From Alphaproteobacteria bacterium (GTDB taxonomy: Bacteria > Pseudomonadota > Alphaproteobacteria > SHVV01): a stretch of 64,000 nt of DNA. Both the position numbers and the translations under genes were made by a program. Below are positions 31,386 to 43,783 of this stretch, in pieces. Position 1 is the stretch's first letter; the number at the start of each line of letters is the position of its first letter. The notes under the pieces were generated by a model that saw only the letters and a list, made by a program, of their open reading frames with translations, made no database searches and was not told the origin of the DNA. Location: contig OZ253470.1 in NCBI GenBank assembly GCA_965261735.1, positions 1,280,001 through 1,344,000 of the forward strand. The letters run 5' to 3'.

Positions 31386-31679
31386 ATGGCGAAGGCTTAT
31401 TGGATTTCGATGTATCGATCGATCTCTAACCCGGACGCGCTGGCCGAGTACGCCAAGCTCGCCGGGCCAGCGATTGCGGCTGCTGGCGGCACGTTCCTCG
31501 CCCGCGGCGGCAAGGTGCAGGCCTACGAGTCGGGGTTGGACCAACGCGTGGTCGTGATCGAGTTCCCGAGCTTCGAGCAGGCCACGGCCGCGCACGACAG
31601 CGCCGCCTACGGCGCGGCCCTCGAAAAGCTGGGTAGCGCGGTCGACCGCGATCTGCGCATCGTCGAGGGGCTTGAATAG
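31386..31679 (+). CDS. DUF1330-family protein
   Basis: MAKAYWI, GGTFLARGG, RVVVIEFPSFEQA, RDLRIVEG; GGAGGA RBS. Confidence 0.88.
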   Translation: MAKAYWISMYRSISNPDALAEYAKLAGPAIAAAGGTFLARGGKVQAYESGLDQRVVVIEFPSFEQATAAHDSAAYGAALEKLGSAVDRDLRIVEGLE

Positions 31680-31701
31680 GAGCGCCGCGCGCTTGCGGGA
31701 T

Positions 31702-32427
31702 TCAGGGCCCGGCCGGGTTCGATTCTCGCAGAGTAGGTTCAAGTGAACGCGGCAAGCGCGCCATGTAGATGTCGACGTCTCCGTTGTCGGCGGGCGCGTG
31801 GCCGACCACGGCACCTTGGTCGGGTTCGAGGAGGATCGTTGGCCGCTCGCCCAGCGGCTCGCCCGACACGACCCGGGCCCATAACGCCTCGCCAAGAATC
31901 GTCTGAGCGCGGTCAATGCCGTGCTCGTTAAAGTACCCCCGCGTCGCGGCGCCGGCTGCGACGAGCGCGCCGCTCCGCGCTGCCCGGAACACCGGGTCGG
32001 GGCAGCTCTCCGTGGGCGTCGACAGGGACTCGATCCGTCGGTTCTTGTAGCGCGCGGCCACGGCGGAATAGGTCCGGCCCAGCGTGTTCTTCGTCATTTC
32101 CCAAACGTCGCTGGGTTCGACGTCCGCGGGCGGCGCCACCTCGACCTTGGTCGTCTCCGGAAGGCGGGCGCCGCGCAGCTCCTTGCACAGCCGATCGGCC
32201 TTGATCCAGAGCGTCACCGCCTGAAAGAAGACCTCGCGGGGCTGGGCGTTGCGGACCGCGATTTCGGGCCGTGGGTCGTGCGGCTTCTGCATCGCGAGCC
32301 GAATGCGCTCCCGCTCACCGCGCACGATCAGCGTATTCTGGTAGACATCGGGCGGCTGGATTTCGCTAGCCGAGCTCGTTGAGGCGATCAGGCAGCCGAG
32401 CAGCGTGGAAGCAAGGAGCCCGCGCAC
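31702..32427 (-). CDS. Hypothetical secreted protein, possibly chimeric remnant
   Basis: GTG start after AGGGG; signal peptide; three P-x-[DE]-V-aromatic motifs; C-terminal half looks unrelated. Confidence 0.45.
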   Translation of the reverse strand: MRGLLASTLLGCLIASTSSASEIQPPDVYQNTLIVRGERERIRLAMQKPHDPRPEIAVRNAQPREVFFQAVTLWIKADRLCKELRGARLPETTKVEVAPPADVEPSDVWEMTKNTLGRTYSAVAARYKNRRIESLSTPTESCPDPVFRAARSGALVAAGAATRGYFNEHGIDRAQTILGEALWARVVSGEPLGERPTILLEPDQGAVVGHAPADNGDVDIYMARLPRSLEPTLRESNPAGP

Positions 32428-32557
32428 GATCTTGCCCCCTATCGCGAGCGAGGCACCGCAAGCTGGGGCCAAGCCCGTGTAGATTGCCAACCAACGCATG
32501 GCGACCTGCCCGACCAGCGACGCGTGATACGCGAGTTGTACCCTAGGACTTGACACG

Positions 32558-34062
32558 ATGGATACCGATCGCGCGCCCCGCCCCGGATCGGCCGGCTCGG
32601 ACTCCGCAGCCGCGCGGGCCGGCGAGGTGCTGCCGCGCCGGCGCGGGTGGGTGCTGGCCGCGGTCATGGCGACCATCTTCATGGCCGCGATCGAATCGAC
32701 GATCGTCGCCACCGCGATGCCGTCTATCGTGCCGCGGTTGGGCGGCTTCCACCTCTACGGTTGGGTGTTCGTCGTCTTCGTGCTGTGCCAGGCGGTGACC
32801 ACGCCGATCTTCGGCAAGCTCGCCGACCTCTACGGCCGCCAGCGAATCCTGCTCGCCGGCACGACCCTGTTCCTGGTCGCCTCGCTGCTCTGCGGCTTCG
32901 CCGCCACCATGCCGCAGCTCATCGCCTTTCGTGCCCTGCAGGGCCTCGGCGCCGGCGCCATCCTGCCGGTGGCGACGACGATCGTCGGCGATATCTACGG
33001 CCCGCGCGAGCGCGCCCGCAAGCAGGGCTATCTCGCGAGCATGTGGGGCATCGCCTCGGTAGCCGGGCCGGCGATGGGAGCCCTCATCGTCGAGCAGTTC
33101 GACTGGCGGCTCGTGTTCTGGCTCAACCTTCCGCTCGGCGTCGTCGCGATGGCAATGCTGATCCTGTTCCACCGCGAGCGCCTGGCACGCGAGCGCCACC
33201 AGGTCGACTACCTGGGCGCGGTGCTCCTGATGCTGTCGACCGGCGCCCTCATGCTCCTCCTGGTTCAGGGATCGCGTTTTCCCGTTGTCGTGGTCGGTGG
33301 CCTGCTCGCCACGGCGGCGCCTGGCTCTTCGTTCAGGAGCGCCGGGCCGCCGAGCCCGTGCTCCCGCTCGACCTGTGGCGCGACCGTATCGTCGCCTCCG
33401 CGACCTCGGGTGCTGCCCTCATCGGCGCCCTCATGATGGCGGTGATCACTTACCTGCCGGTCCACATCCAGGGAGTCATGGGCGCGCCGCCGGCGGCCGT
33501 CGCACTCGCCACGGCCGCCATCTTCTTCGGTTGGGCGTTGTGCGCCGCCCTCGGCGGGCGCCTGATGGCGTACACGTCCTATCGCCTCATCGTGATCCTC
33601 GGGGGTAGCGCTCTGGTCGCCGGCAACGCGGCTCTCGCCCTCCTCGACCCCGCGGACGGGCCGCTACTCGCCTATGTGGGCGCCCTTTTGGTCGGGATCG
33701 GTCTCGGCTTCACCCACAGCACCTTCATCATCGCGGTGCAGACGAGCGTGGCTTGGAACCGGCGTGGGATCGCGACTTCGAGCGTGCACTTTACGCGCCT
33801 GCTCGGGCAGGCTTTTGGCGCCGCGATTTTCGGCGCCCTGATCAATGCCGCGCTTTTCCGAGTCGCGCCCGAAGCTCAGAGCGTCGTCGATACGATCGTC
33901 GATCCGGTCGCGCCCCACCTGCTGGACCCGGCGGCGCTGGCACCTCTGGTCCAGGCGCTGGCCGGCTCCCTGAGGCAGGTCTATCTGATCGCCTGCGCGC
34001 TCAGCATCGCCGTCCTCGTGCTCGCGTTTCGCATACCGCCGCGCGCCTCGGTCCTCGGCTAG
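32558..34062 (+). pseudogene. DHA2-type (14-TM) MFS efflux transporter, frameshifted
   Basis: FMAAIESTIVATAMP, GKLADLYGR, FRALQGLGAG; frame changes near 33320 to AWLFVQERRAAEPVLPLDLW. Confidence 0.82.
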
Positions 34063-34084
34063 GGATCGGACGCAAGGCCCGGCA

Positions 34085-35002
34085 TCACTCCGGCCATCGG
34101 TGGTGGAGCCAAAACCATTGCTCCGGGCGCTCGCGGATCCACTCCTCCAAGAGGCCGTTGACGCGGCGCATCGTCGCGGCGACGTCGGCCGCCTGATCGC
34201 CGCTGCTCTCGACCTCGAGCGGCGGCAGTGCGGTGACGCGGAACCTGGCGCCCTGCAGGCGCTCGATCCGGGCCGGCACGATCGGGCAATCGTACCTGAG
34301 CGCGAGCTGGGCGAGCGTCGGCGCGGTCATGGCGTCGCGGCCGAAGAAGGGCACCGGGATGCCCTCGTTGTACTTGTTGTCGACCAGCATGGCGAGGTGG
34401 CCGCCGTCTTTGAGAGCCGCGAGCATGCGCAGCGCGCCGGTGGCGCCCTTAGCGACGTAGCGGCCGCGGTGCCGGGTGCGCACCCGCTGGATGATCTCCT
34501 CGACCAGCGGGTTGTTGGCGGCGCGGTAGACGTGGGTCAGTTCTACCCCGCGCTGCAGCCCAGCCAGCGGCATGATCTCCCAATTGGCGATGTGGGCGGA
34601 AAAGAAGATGCCGCCCTTGCCGTCGTCGCGCAGCCGGTCGATGTGTTCGGCGCCGATCACCTCGACACGGCCATCATCGGCGTAGCAGTCGATGTCGCCG
34701 AGGTGCGGGTATTCGCCGACGACGCGGCCGAGATTGTCCCACATGCGCCGCACGATGGCGCGGACCGTTCCGCGGTCAAGCTCGGGAAGAGCGCGGCCAA
34801 GGTTGCGCTCCGCGCGCCGCGAGACGGCGAGCCGGGGGCCGATGACGCGGCCGAGGAAGCCGCCGACGGCGGAGGCGCGGTCGAGGGACAGGCTGGCGAA
34901 GAAGGCGAAGGCGAGCCGTACCGCGAGCGCCTCGGCGACATAGCGCAGCCGCGGCGGCCCCTTGCCGCTGGCGACGCCCGATCGCGATTCGCCGGCCACC
35001 AT
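34085..35002 (-). CDS. Lipid A lauroyl/myristoyl acyltransferase (LpxL family)
   Basis: SAHIANWE, PVPFFGRDA, RPEQWFWLHHRW. Confidence 0.9.
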   Translation of the reverse strand: MVAGESRSGVASGKGPPRLRYVAEALAVRLAFAFFASLSLDRASAVGGFLGRVIGPRLAVSRRAERNLGRALPELDRGTVRAIVRRMWDNLGRVVGEYPHLGDIDCYADDGRVEVIGAEHIDRLRDDGKGGIFFSAHIANWEIMPLAGLQRGVELTHVYRAANNPLVEEIIQRVRTRHRGRYVAKGATGALRMLAALKDGGHLAMLVDNKYNEGIPVPFFGRDAMTAPTLAQLALRYDCPIVPARIERLQGARFRVTALPPLEVESSGDQAADVAATMRRVNGLLEEWIRERPEQWFWLHHRWPE

Positions 35003-35013
35003 CGCCGGCGCTC

Positions 35014-35991
35014 TCAGCCGCCGTTCAAGGCCGGGTCTAGGACCCGATCGAGCGCACCCGGATCCTCGAACTCGAGCGAAATCGGCACCGCAGTGACCAT
35101 GGCCTGAGCCTCGGGCGGAAGGCGGACCCAGTCCTTTGCGGTGGTGACCAGGCGGGCGCCGTGCGCGCTCGCGAGCTCGACGAACTGCATAATCTCGTCC
35201 TCATCATAGAAGTGATGATCGGCGAACGGCCGGGCCGCCAGCACCTGGCAGCCGTGCGCGCGCAGCGTATCGAAGAACTTACCGGGGCGCCCGATGCCGG
35301 CGAAGGCGATGACCGGATCACCGGCCAGATAAGCCACCGAATCGTTGGGGACCAGCCGAGCCTTGAGCCAGGGGATGCGTCGGTCGCCGTCGATGGCGAC
35401 GTTGTGCGCCACCGGATCGTCGATCAGAACGACAGCGTCGGCGCGCGCGAGCCCGCGCGCGGCCGCCTCGCGCAAGGGGCCGGCCGGCAGGACTCGGCCG
35501 TTGCCGAAGCCGTAGCCGCCATCGACCACCAGCAGGGACACGTCCTTCTCGAGGGTGGGATTCTGCAGGCCGTCGTCCATGACGACGACCTCGGCGCCGG
35601 CCGCGGCGGCGGCTCGGGCACCGGCCGGGCGGTCGCGCGAAACCCACGTTGGCGCCGCCGCGGCGAGCAACAGAGCCTCGTCACCGACGTCGCGCGCGAG
35701 ATGGGCGCTCGGATCGACCCGCAGGGGTCCGGCTGTGCGCCCACGGTAGCCACGGCTCAGAAAGTGGACGGACCGCCCGCCCTCACGCAGACGCCGCCCG
35801 ATCGCGAGCGCGACCGGCGTCTTGCCGGCACCGCCCGCGGTCAAGTTACCGGCACACATGATCGGCACCGGCGCCCGCACCGGCCGCACCAGGCCTCGGC
35901 GCATCCGTCCGGCGAGATCGTAGATTGCCGCTACCGGCGCGAGCAGGGAGGCAAGCGAACAGTCGCGAGCCCAGAACTCAGGCGCCTGCAT
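35014..35991 (-). CDS. lpxK: Tetraacyldisaccharide 4'-kinase
   Basis: GNLTAGGAGKTP, LSRGY, GDEALL, MDDGLQN, PAGPLRE, FADHH. Confidence 0.95.
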   Translation of the reverse strand: MQAPEFWARDCSLASLLAPVAAIYDLAGRMRRGLVRPVRAPVPIMCAGNLTAGGAGKTPVALAIGRRLREGGRSVHFLSRGYRGRTAGPLRVDPSAHLARDVGDEALLLAAAAPTWVSRDRPAGARAAAAAGAEVVVMDDGLQNPTLEKDVSLLVVDGGYGFGNGRVLPAGPLREAAARGLARADAVVLIDDPVAHNVAIDGDRRIPWLKARLVPNDSVAYLAGDPVIAFAGIGRPGKFFDTLRAHGCQVLAARPFADHHFYDEDEIMQFVELASAHGARLVTTAKDWVRLPPEAQAMVTAVPISLEFEDPGALDRVLDPALNGG

Positions 35992-38044
35992 GGACCCTGC
36001 TGTCGCGAGGCGCCGGTGCGGAGTCCGGGAGCCAGGGGGCGAGCTCGGCCATGATCGCATCCAGCGCCCCGGCGCCATGGGCCGCTATCGCCTGTGCCGC
36101 GGCGGCCCGGCGCGCGCGCTCGGGCGCGTCGTCGAGCAACTCGGCCACGGCACCGGCGAGCGCGCCCGCGTCCGCGACCGCACGGATCGCCTCGGCCTCG
36201 GCCAGCGCCGCCACCATGGGCGCGAAATTCTCGGTGTGCGGCCCGCATAGCAGGGCGCAGTCGAGGCGCGCCGGCTCGAGCGGGTTGTGGCCCCCGCGGG
36301 CGACCAGCGAGCCGCCGACGAGCACGATACCGGCGAGGCGGTAGAACAGCCCGAGCTCGCCCAGGGTATCGGCGACGTAAATGTCGGTCGTGGTGTCGAT
36401 GGCCTCGCCGGCGCCGCGCCGGGCGACCTCGAGGCCCTGCCGCGCGAAGTCGCGCGCGAGCCCTTCGCCGCGCCCGGGATGGCGCGGCACGACTACGCTG
36501 AGAAGCCGCGGATGGCGCGCCTTTAGGATCGCGTGGACCGTGCCGACGATGGCCTCCTCGCCCTCGTGCGTGCTCGCCGCCAGCCATAGCGGGCGCCCGG
36601 CGGTCGCCGAACGGAGCTGCGCCAGCTCGGCCTCATCGGCCGGCAGCGCCGCCGCGGCGTGCTTGAGGTTGCCGGCGAGCCGCACTACGCGCGCGCCGAG
36701 GGTACGGTAGCGCTCGGCCTCGGCCGGGCTCTGCGCGAGACACAGATCGAAACAGCCGATCACCGCCGCCGCCAGCTTGCGCACCCGCCGCCAGCGGGCG
36801 AAGGAGCGCGCCGACATGCGCGCATTCAGCAGGACCATGGGAATGCCGCGCGCGCGCGCAGCCGTGATCAGATTGGGCCACAGCTCGGACTCGACCCATA
36901 GGGCGAGATCGGGCCGCCAGTGTTTGAGAAACCGCCGCACCGCATCGGGCCGGTCGACGGGCACGAACTGGTGGCAGGCGCGCGCCGGCAGGCGTTCGGC
37001 CGCGAGCGCAGCGGAGGTGCGGGTTCCGGTAGTGAGCAGCACGTGACATCGATCGTGGGCGGCGAGCACGCGTTCGATCACCGTCAGCACCGACACGGTC
37101 TCGCCGACGCTCGCCGCGTGGAGCCACACGAGCTCACCGTCGGGCCGTGTGAGACTGGCCCGGCCCAACCGTTCGCCGAGGCGCCCCGGCTCCTCCTTGC
37201 CCCGGCTCCGGCGGCGCCGCAGGTAGAGCCCGATCAGCGGCGCCAGCACGCGCGTCGTGCCCCGGTAGAGGACGAGCGTCGCGGGCTCGTCCGCGGTGCC
37301 CGGCGCGGTCTGCTCGGCGGCGCCGGGCAGCGGTCCCACGGCCTCGGCCGCGGGCGGGGCCGGCAGCAGCGGCGCGTGGCCGCAGGCGCCATCGGCATCG
37401 GCACCCAGCGTATTGAGCCGCTCTTCAAGCTCGCGGCGTGCCGACTCGAGGGCGGCGCCTGGCGCGTCGCGCGCGACGAGGATGGCTTCGCCCCACCGGA
37501 CCACCCCGCGCGAGAACGGCAGCGCGATGATGAAGCGATCCCAGCTCCCCAGCACGCGCCGCCGGCTTGCCGTTACCGTGACCGGCACGATCGGGACGCC
37601 CGAGCGGCGCGCCAGAGCGATAATGCCGCTCGACGCGCGCATGCGCGGCCCGCGCGGCCCGTCCGGCGTAATGCCGACGCACTCGCCCGATTCGAGCCGG
37701 CGCACCATCTCGCGCATCGCCTGGACCCCGCCGCGGCCCGGCGACCCGCGGATGGCACCGAAGCCGAAATGCCTGATGGTCTCGGCGATGAGCTCGCCGT
37801 CGCGGTGGCGCGAGATCAGCATGCTGCCGGCAACGCCACGACGCCAGATGTAGGGAATCATCGACAGCCGCTGGTGCCAGAAGGCGAGGATGAAGGGTCG
37901 GCCACTATCCCAAAACGCGACCGGCGCCGGACCCTCGACGCGCCACCGACCCGTCACGCGGACGAGGCGGATATACTGGGCCGTCAGCCAGCACAGGAAG
38001 CGCCGAACCGTGGCGTTGCCCAGGATGCGCTTGACCGGCCTCAC
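35978..38044 (-). CDS. waaA: Fusion: DUF374 lysophospholipid acyltransferase (LpxJ-like) + Kdo transferase WaaA
   Basis: N-half AFWHQR, ISRHRDGE, ITPDGPRGP, SWDRF; Ala/Pro linker; C-half WLHAASVGE, ESELWPN, AASTHEGEE, GGHNPLEPA; single 688-aa ORF. Confidence 0.88.
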   Translation of the reverse strand: MRPVKRILGNATVRRFLCWLTAQYIRLVRVTGRWRVEGPAPVAFWDSGRPFILAFWHQRLSMIPYIWRRGVAGSMLISRHRDGELIAETIRHFGFGAIRGSPGRGGVQAMREMVRRLESGECVGITPDGPRGPRMRASSGIIALARRSGVPIVPVTVTASRRRVLGSWDRFIIALPFSRGVVRWGEAILVARDAPGAALESARRELEERLNTLGADADGACGHAPLLPAPPAAEAVGPLPGAAEQTAPGTADEPATLVLYRGTTRVLAPLIGLYLRRRRSRGKEEPGRLGERLGRASLTRPDGELVWLHAASVGETVSVLTVIERVLAAHDRCHVLLTTGTRTSAALAAERLPARACHQFVPVDRPDAVRRFLKHWRPDLALWVESELWPNLITAARARGIPMVLLNARMSARSFARWRRVRKLAAAVIGCFDLCLAQSPAEAERYRTLGARVVRLAGNLKHAAAALPADEAELAQLRSATAGRPLWLAASTHEGEEAIVGTVHAILKARHPRLLSVVVPRHPGRGEGLARDFARQGLEVARRGAGEAIDTTTDIYVADTLGELGLFYRLAGIVLVGGSLVARGGHNPLEPARLDCALLCGPHTENFAPMVAALAEAEAIRAVADAGALAGAVAELLDDAPERARRAAAAQAIAAHGAGALDAIMAELAPWLPDSAPAPRDSRVHAGA

Positions 38045-38068
38045 CGTGGCGCTCCGCCGGCCATCGGT

Positions 38069-39874
<1,806 letters not shown>

Positions 39875-40007
39875 GATACCTCTTCCGGTGCCCCTACCGG
39901 CCGGCGCCGAACATAGCATGAGCCCCGAGGGCGGGCCAATCGTTGCCACGGTGGCGGCGCCCGCGATACTCTCGGCGCACGCCCCCGACACGCCTCCTCG
40001 GTGCCGC

Positions 40008-42062
40008 ATGTCGCCTGAAATCGTCGCCTCGGCCTGCCCGCACGATTGCCCCTCAACCTGTGCGCTCGAGGTCGAGCGGCTCGATGCGCGCACCATCGGA
40101 CGGGTGCGCGGCGCCAAGGCCAACAGCTACACCGACGGCGTCATCTGCGCCAAGGTGGCGCGCTACGCCGAGCGCGTCCACCACCCGGACCGCCTGCGCC
40201 AGCCCCTGCGGCGTAACGGTCCCAAGGGCAGCGGCGCGTTCGAGCCGATCTCGTGGGGCGACGCGCTCGACGAGGTCGCCGATCGTTTCGCGGCCGCGAG
40301 CGCGCACCACGGGGCCGAGGCCGTATGGCCCTACTACTACGCCGGCACGATGGGGCTGGTGCAGCGCGACGGCATCAATCGGCTGCGCCACGTGATGGGC
40401 TATTCCGGCCAGAAGAAGACCATCTGCACCACGCTCGTTTAGTCGGGCTGGCTCGCCGGCACCGGCTCGCTGCGCGGCCCCGATCCGCGCGAGATGGCCG
40501 AGTCCGACCTCATCATCCTGTGGGGCACGAACGCCGCCGCGACCCAGGTCAATGTCATGAGCCACATCGCCACGGCGCGCAAAGGCCGCGGTGCCCGCCT
40601 CGTGGTCGTCGATCCCTACCGCAACGCCAGCGCCGAGGTCGCCGACCAGCACCTGTGCCTGCGCCCGGGCACCGACGGCGCGCTCGCCTGCGCCATGATG
40701 CACGTGCTGTTCAAGGAGGGCTACGCCGACCGCGACTACCTCGCGCGCTACACCGACGTACCCGGCGAGCTCGAGGCCCACCTGGCCGAGCGCCCGCCGT
40801 CGTGGGCGGCACCCCTCACTGGGCTCGACGAAGGCGAGATCGTCGCCTTCGCGCGCGCCTACGGCGCCACCGAACGCAGCTTCATCCGTATCGGCTACGG
40901 CTTCTCGCGCTCGCGCAACGGGCCGGCCAACGTCCACGCCGTGTCCTGCCTGCCCGCGCTCACCGGAGCCTGGCGGCATCGCGGGGGCGGCGCCTTCTTC
41001 GGCAATGGCGCCATCTATCACTGGGATAAGACGCTGATCGAGGGGCTCGATCGGTGCGATCCGCAAACGCGTATTCTCGATATGTCGCGCATCGGCCCGG
41101 TGCTTACCGGCGATGCGAGCGACCTCGGCGACGGCCCGCCGGTGAGGGCGATGTTGATCCAGAACACCAACCCGATGGTAGTCGCGCCAGAGCACCTCAA
41201 GGTACGCGCAGGTCTCGCGCGCGAGGACCTGTTCGTCTGCGTGCACGAGCAGTTCATGACCGAGACCGCGGCGATGGCCGATATCGTGCTGCCCGCGACC
41301 ACGTTTCTCGAGCACGACGACCTCTATCAGGCTGGCGGTCATTCGCACATCCAGGTTGGCCCCAGGATCATCGAGCCGCTATCGGAGTGCCGCTCCAACC
41401 ACGAGGTCATCTGTGGCTTGGCGGCGCGCCTCGGCGCCGAGCATCAGGGCTTTGGCATGAGCGCGTGGGAGCTGATCGATGCGACGCTCGGCGCCTCCGG
41501 CTGGCCCGACGCGGCGACGCTCAGGGCGGCGCGCTGGCACGACTGCCAGCCCGACTTCGAGACCGCCCATTTCCTCAACGGCTTCGGCACGCCCGACGGC
41601 CGCTTCCACTTCGCGCCCGACTGGGACGCGATCGGTCCGCAGGGCGCGGCGATGCCGCGGCTGCCCGATCACTTCGCGGTCATCGAGGAGAGCGATGCGG
41701 AGCACCCCTTCCGCCTGGTCACGGCGCCGGCGCGCGGCTTTCTCAATTCGACTTTCACCGAGACGCCGACCTCCATGGCGCGAGAGGGCCGGCCCGAGCT
41801 GCTGATCCACCCCGAGGACGCCGGCCAGCTCGCGCTCGGCGACGGCGATCCGGTCGTGATCGGCAACCGGCGCGCCGCGGTGTCCCTCCACGCGCGGCTC
41901 TTCGATGGCCTCAGGCGCGTCGTCGTCGTGGTCGAGAGCGTGTGGCCCAACGCCGCGTTCGAAGGTGGCATCGGCATCAACGCGCTGACCGGCGCCGACG
42001 CGCCCCCGCCCAATGGCGGCGCGGCGTTCCACGACAGCGCGGTGTGGATCCGCGCCGCGTGA
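40008..42062 (+). pseudogene. Molybdopterin oxidoreductase family protein with in-frame TAG (40440-40442)
   Basis: CPHDCPSTC...ICAK; same frame continues TLV*SGWLAGTG..DPREMAESD; PGTDGALA, DIVLPATT. Confidence 0.82.
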
Positions 42063-42081
42063 ACCCACCGGCGACACCGCC

Positions 42082-42978
42082 ATGACTGAAGCGGAGCGCC
42101 GCATCCTGATCATCGATAACCCGGTCGCCGGACGGCGCGGGCGCGCAGGCCCGGCGTTCGCGGCCACGCTCGACGCCCTCGCGGCCGAGGGCGCCGCCGT
42201 CACCGTCATGCTCAGCGAGCGCCCCGGCCACGCCGAGGTGCTGGCGCGAGATCACGTCGCCGCGTTCGACGTCGTGGTCGCCGCCGGCGGCGACGGCACG
42301 GTCAACGAGGTGGTCAACGGACTCCTCGCCGCCAAGGGTGGCGGCGCGCGGCCGCTGCTCGCCACCCTGCCCTACGGTACGATGAACGTGCTCGCGCTCG
42401 AGACCGGCCTCGACGGAACGCCCGCGGCGACCGCCCGCGTGCTCGCCCGCGGCGGCTCGGTCGCCGCCACCGTCGGTATCGCCAACGACCGGCGTTTCTT
42501 GCTCACCGCCGGCGCTGGCATCGACTCGGCGGCCGTGCGCTACCTCACGCCGCGGCTCAAGCGCTCCTTGCGCGGCGGCGCCAATTTCGCGGCATTGGCG
42601 ATGGCCCTGGTGCGCGAGGGTGGCGCCCTCTTCGAGGTCGAGGTCGACGGCGAGCGTCATGCGGCCTCCACCCTGATCACCACGAGCGCCAGCCGCTACG
42701 CCGGGCCGCACGTCGTCGCACCAGGCGCGAGGCTCGACGACGGCACGCTCCACGTCCTGCTCGGCCTCGGCCACGGGCGCTGGAACTTGATGCGCTACGG
42801 CATCGCCTATGCGCGCGGCCGCATCCCCTACCTGCCCGACGTTCTAATCAAGCCGACGCGCCGCGTCCGGGTGCTGTCGCCGGTCGGCTATCCCGTGCAG
42901 CTCGACGGCGACAACCGCGCGCAAGTGCCGCTCGACATCACCCTCGATGACAGGACGCTGGAGGTCCTCAGCGCCTGA
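42082..42978 (+). CDS. Diacylglycerol/lipid kinase family (YegS/DagK-like)
   Basis: NPVAG, GGDGTVNEV, PYGTMN, QLDGD. Confidence 0.88.
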   Translation: MTEAERRILIIDNPVAGRRGRAGPAFAATLDALAAEGAAVTVMLSERPGHAEVLARDHVAAFDVVVAAGGDGTVNEVVNGLLAAKGGGARPLLATLPYGTMNVLALETGLDGTPAATARVLARGGSVAATVGIANDRRFLLTAGAGIDSAAVRYLTPRLKRSLRGGANFAALAMALVREGGALFEVEVDGERHAASTLITTSASRYAGPHVVAPGARLDDGTLHVLLGLGHGRWNLMRYGIAYARGRIPYLPDVLIKPTRRVRVLSPVGYPVQLDGDNRAQVPLDITLDDRTLEVLSA

Positions 42979-43783
42979 CCGCACCGGCGAACTGGCGCAC
43001 GAGCTCGGCGTGCAGGGGTGGGCCGGCGGCGATCACGGAAGGGTGGATCGGGTCGGGCTCGTTGTAGACGAGCGGCTCGCCCCGCGCGGTGGTTATGCGG
43101 CCCCCGGCTTCGGCCATCAGGAGGTCGCTCGCGGCGACGTCCCAGTCGCTCTTGGCGCTCAGCGACACCGTGGCATCGAAGCGGCCGGCGGCGGTGAGCG
43201 CCAGCCGATAGGCGATCGATCCGCTCTCGACGGCCTCGGTCGATCCGAACGCTGCGGGATCGAGCGCGCGCTCGAAGGCGCGCGGTTTGGTGAGCACGCT
43301 CGCGCCCGCGAGGCTGGTGCGGCGGCCTACGGCGATGGCAGCACCATTGAGGCTGGCGCCGCCGCCCCGAACAGCCGCGAAGAACTCATCGCTCGCCGGG
43401 TTGAACACGATAGCCGCCGCCGGCTCCCTATCGACCACGAGAGCCACGCTCACCGTGAACTCGGGCGTGCCGTCGAGGAACGCGCGCGTGCCGTCGATCG
43501 GATCGACCGTCCAGACGCGCGCCGCCGCGAAGCGTGCCGCATCGTCGTCGCTCTCCTCCGACAGCCAGCCGTAGCCGGGCCTAGGCGAGCACAAGCGCTC
43601 GCGCAGCAGGTCGTTGACGGCGATATCGGCCTCGCTTACGGGGTCGCCGTGCTTCTTGCGCCAGACCTTTACGTCCGCGCCGAAGTAACTCAGGGCGAGG
43701 GCGCCGGCCTCGCGCACGGCCGCGGTCAGGAGGGCGAAGTCGGCGGCGAGGTCGGGCGCGGTGGTGCCCGCAACCAACGTCAT
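42968..43783 (-). CDS. Inositol monophosphatase/CysQ family
   Basis: PVSEAD, LSEE, VDPIDGTRAF, WDVAA. Confidence 0.9.
   Translation of the reverse strand: MTLVAGTTAPDLAADFALLTAAVREAGALALSYFGADVKVWRKKHGDPVSEADIAVNDLLRERLCSPRPGYGWLSEESDDDAARFAAARVWTVDPIDGTRAFLDGTPEFTVSVALVVDREPAAAIVFNPASDEFFAAVRGGGASLNGAAIAVGRRTSLAGASVLTKPRAFERALDPAAFGSTEAVESGSIAYRLALTAAGRFDATVSLSAKSDWDVAASDLLMAEAGGRITTARGEPLVYNEPDPIHPSVIAAGPPLHAELVRQFAGAVRR

Noticed and set aside
31708-31730. GGTTCGATTC resembling a tRNA T-arm (possible att site)
   Set aside because: The stem is imperfect, with no acceptor stem, anticodon arm or CCA, and no second copy was seen.
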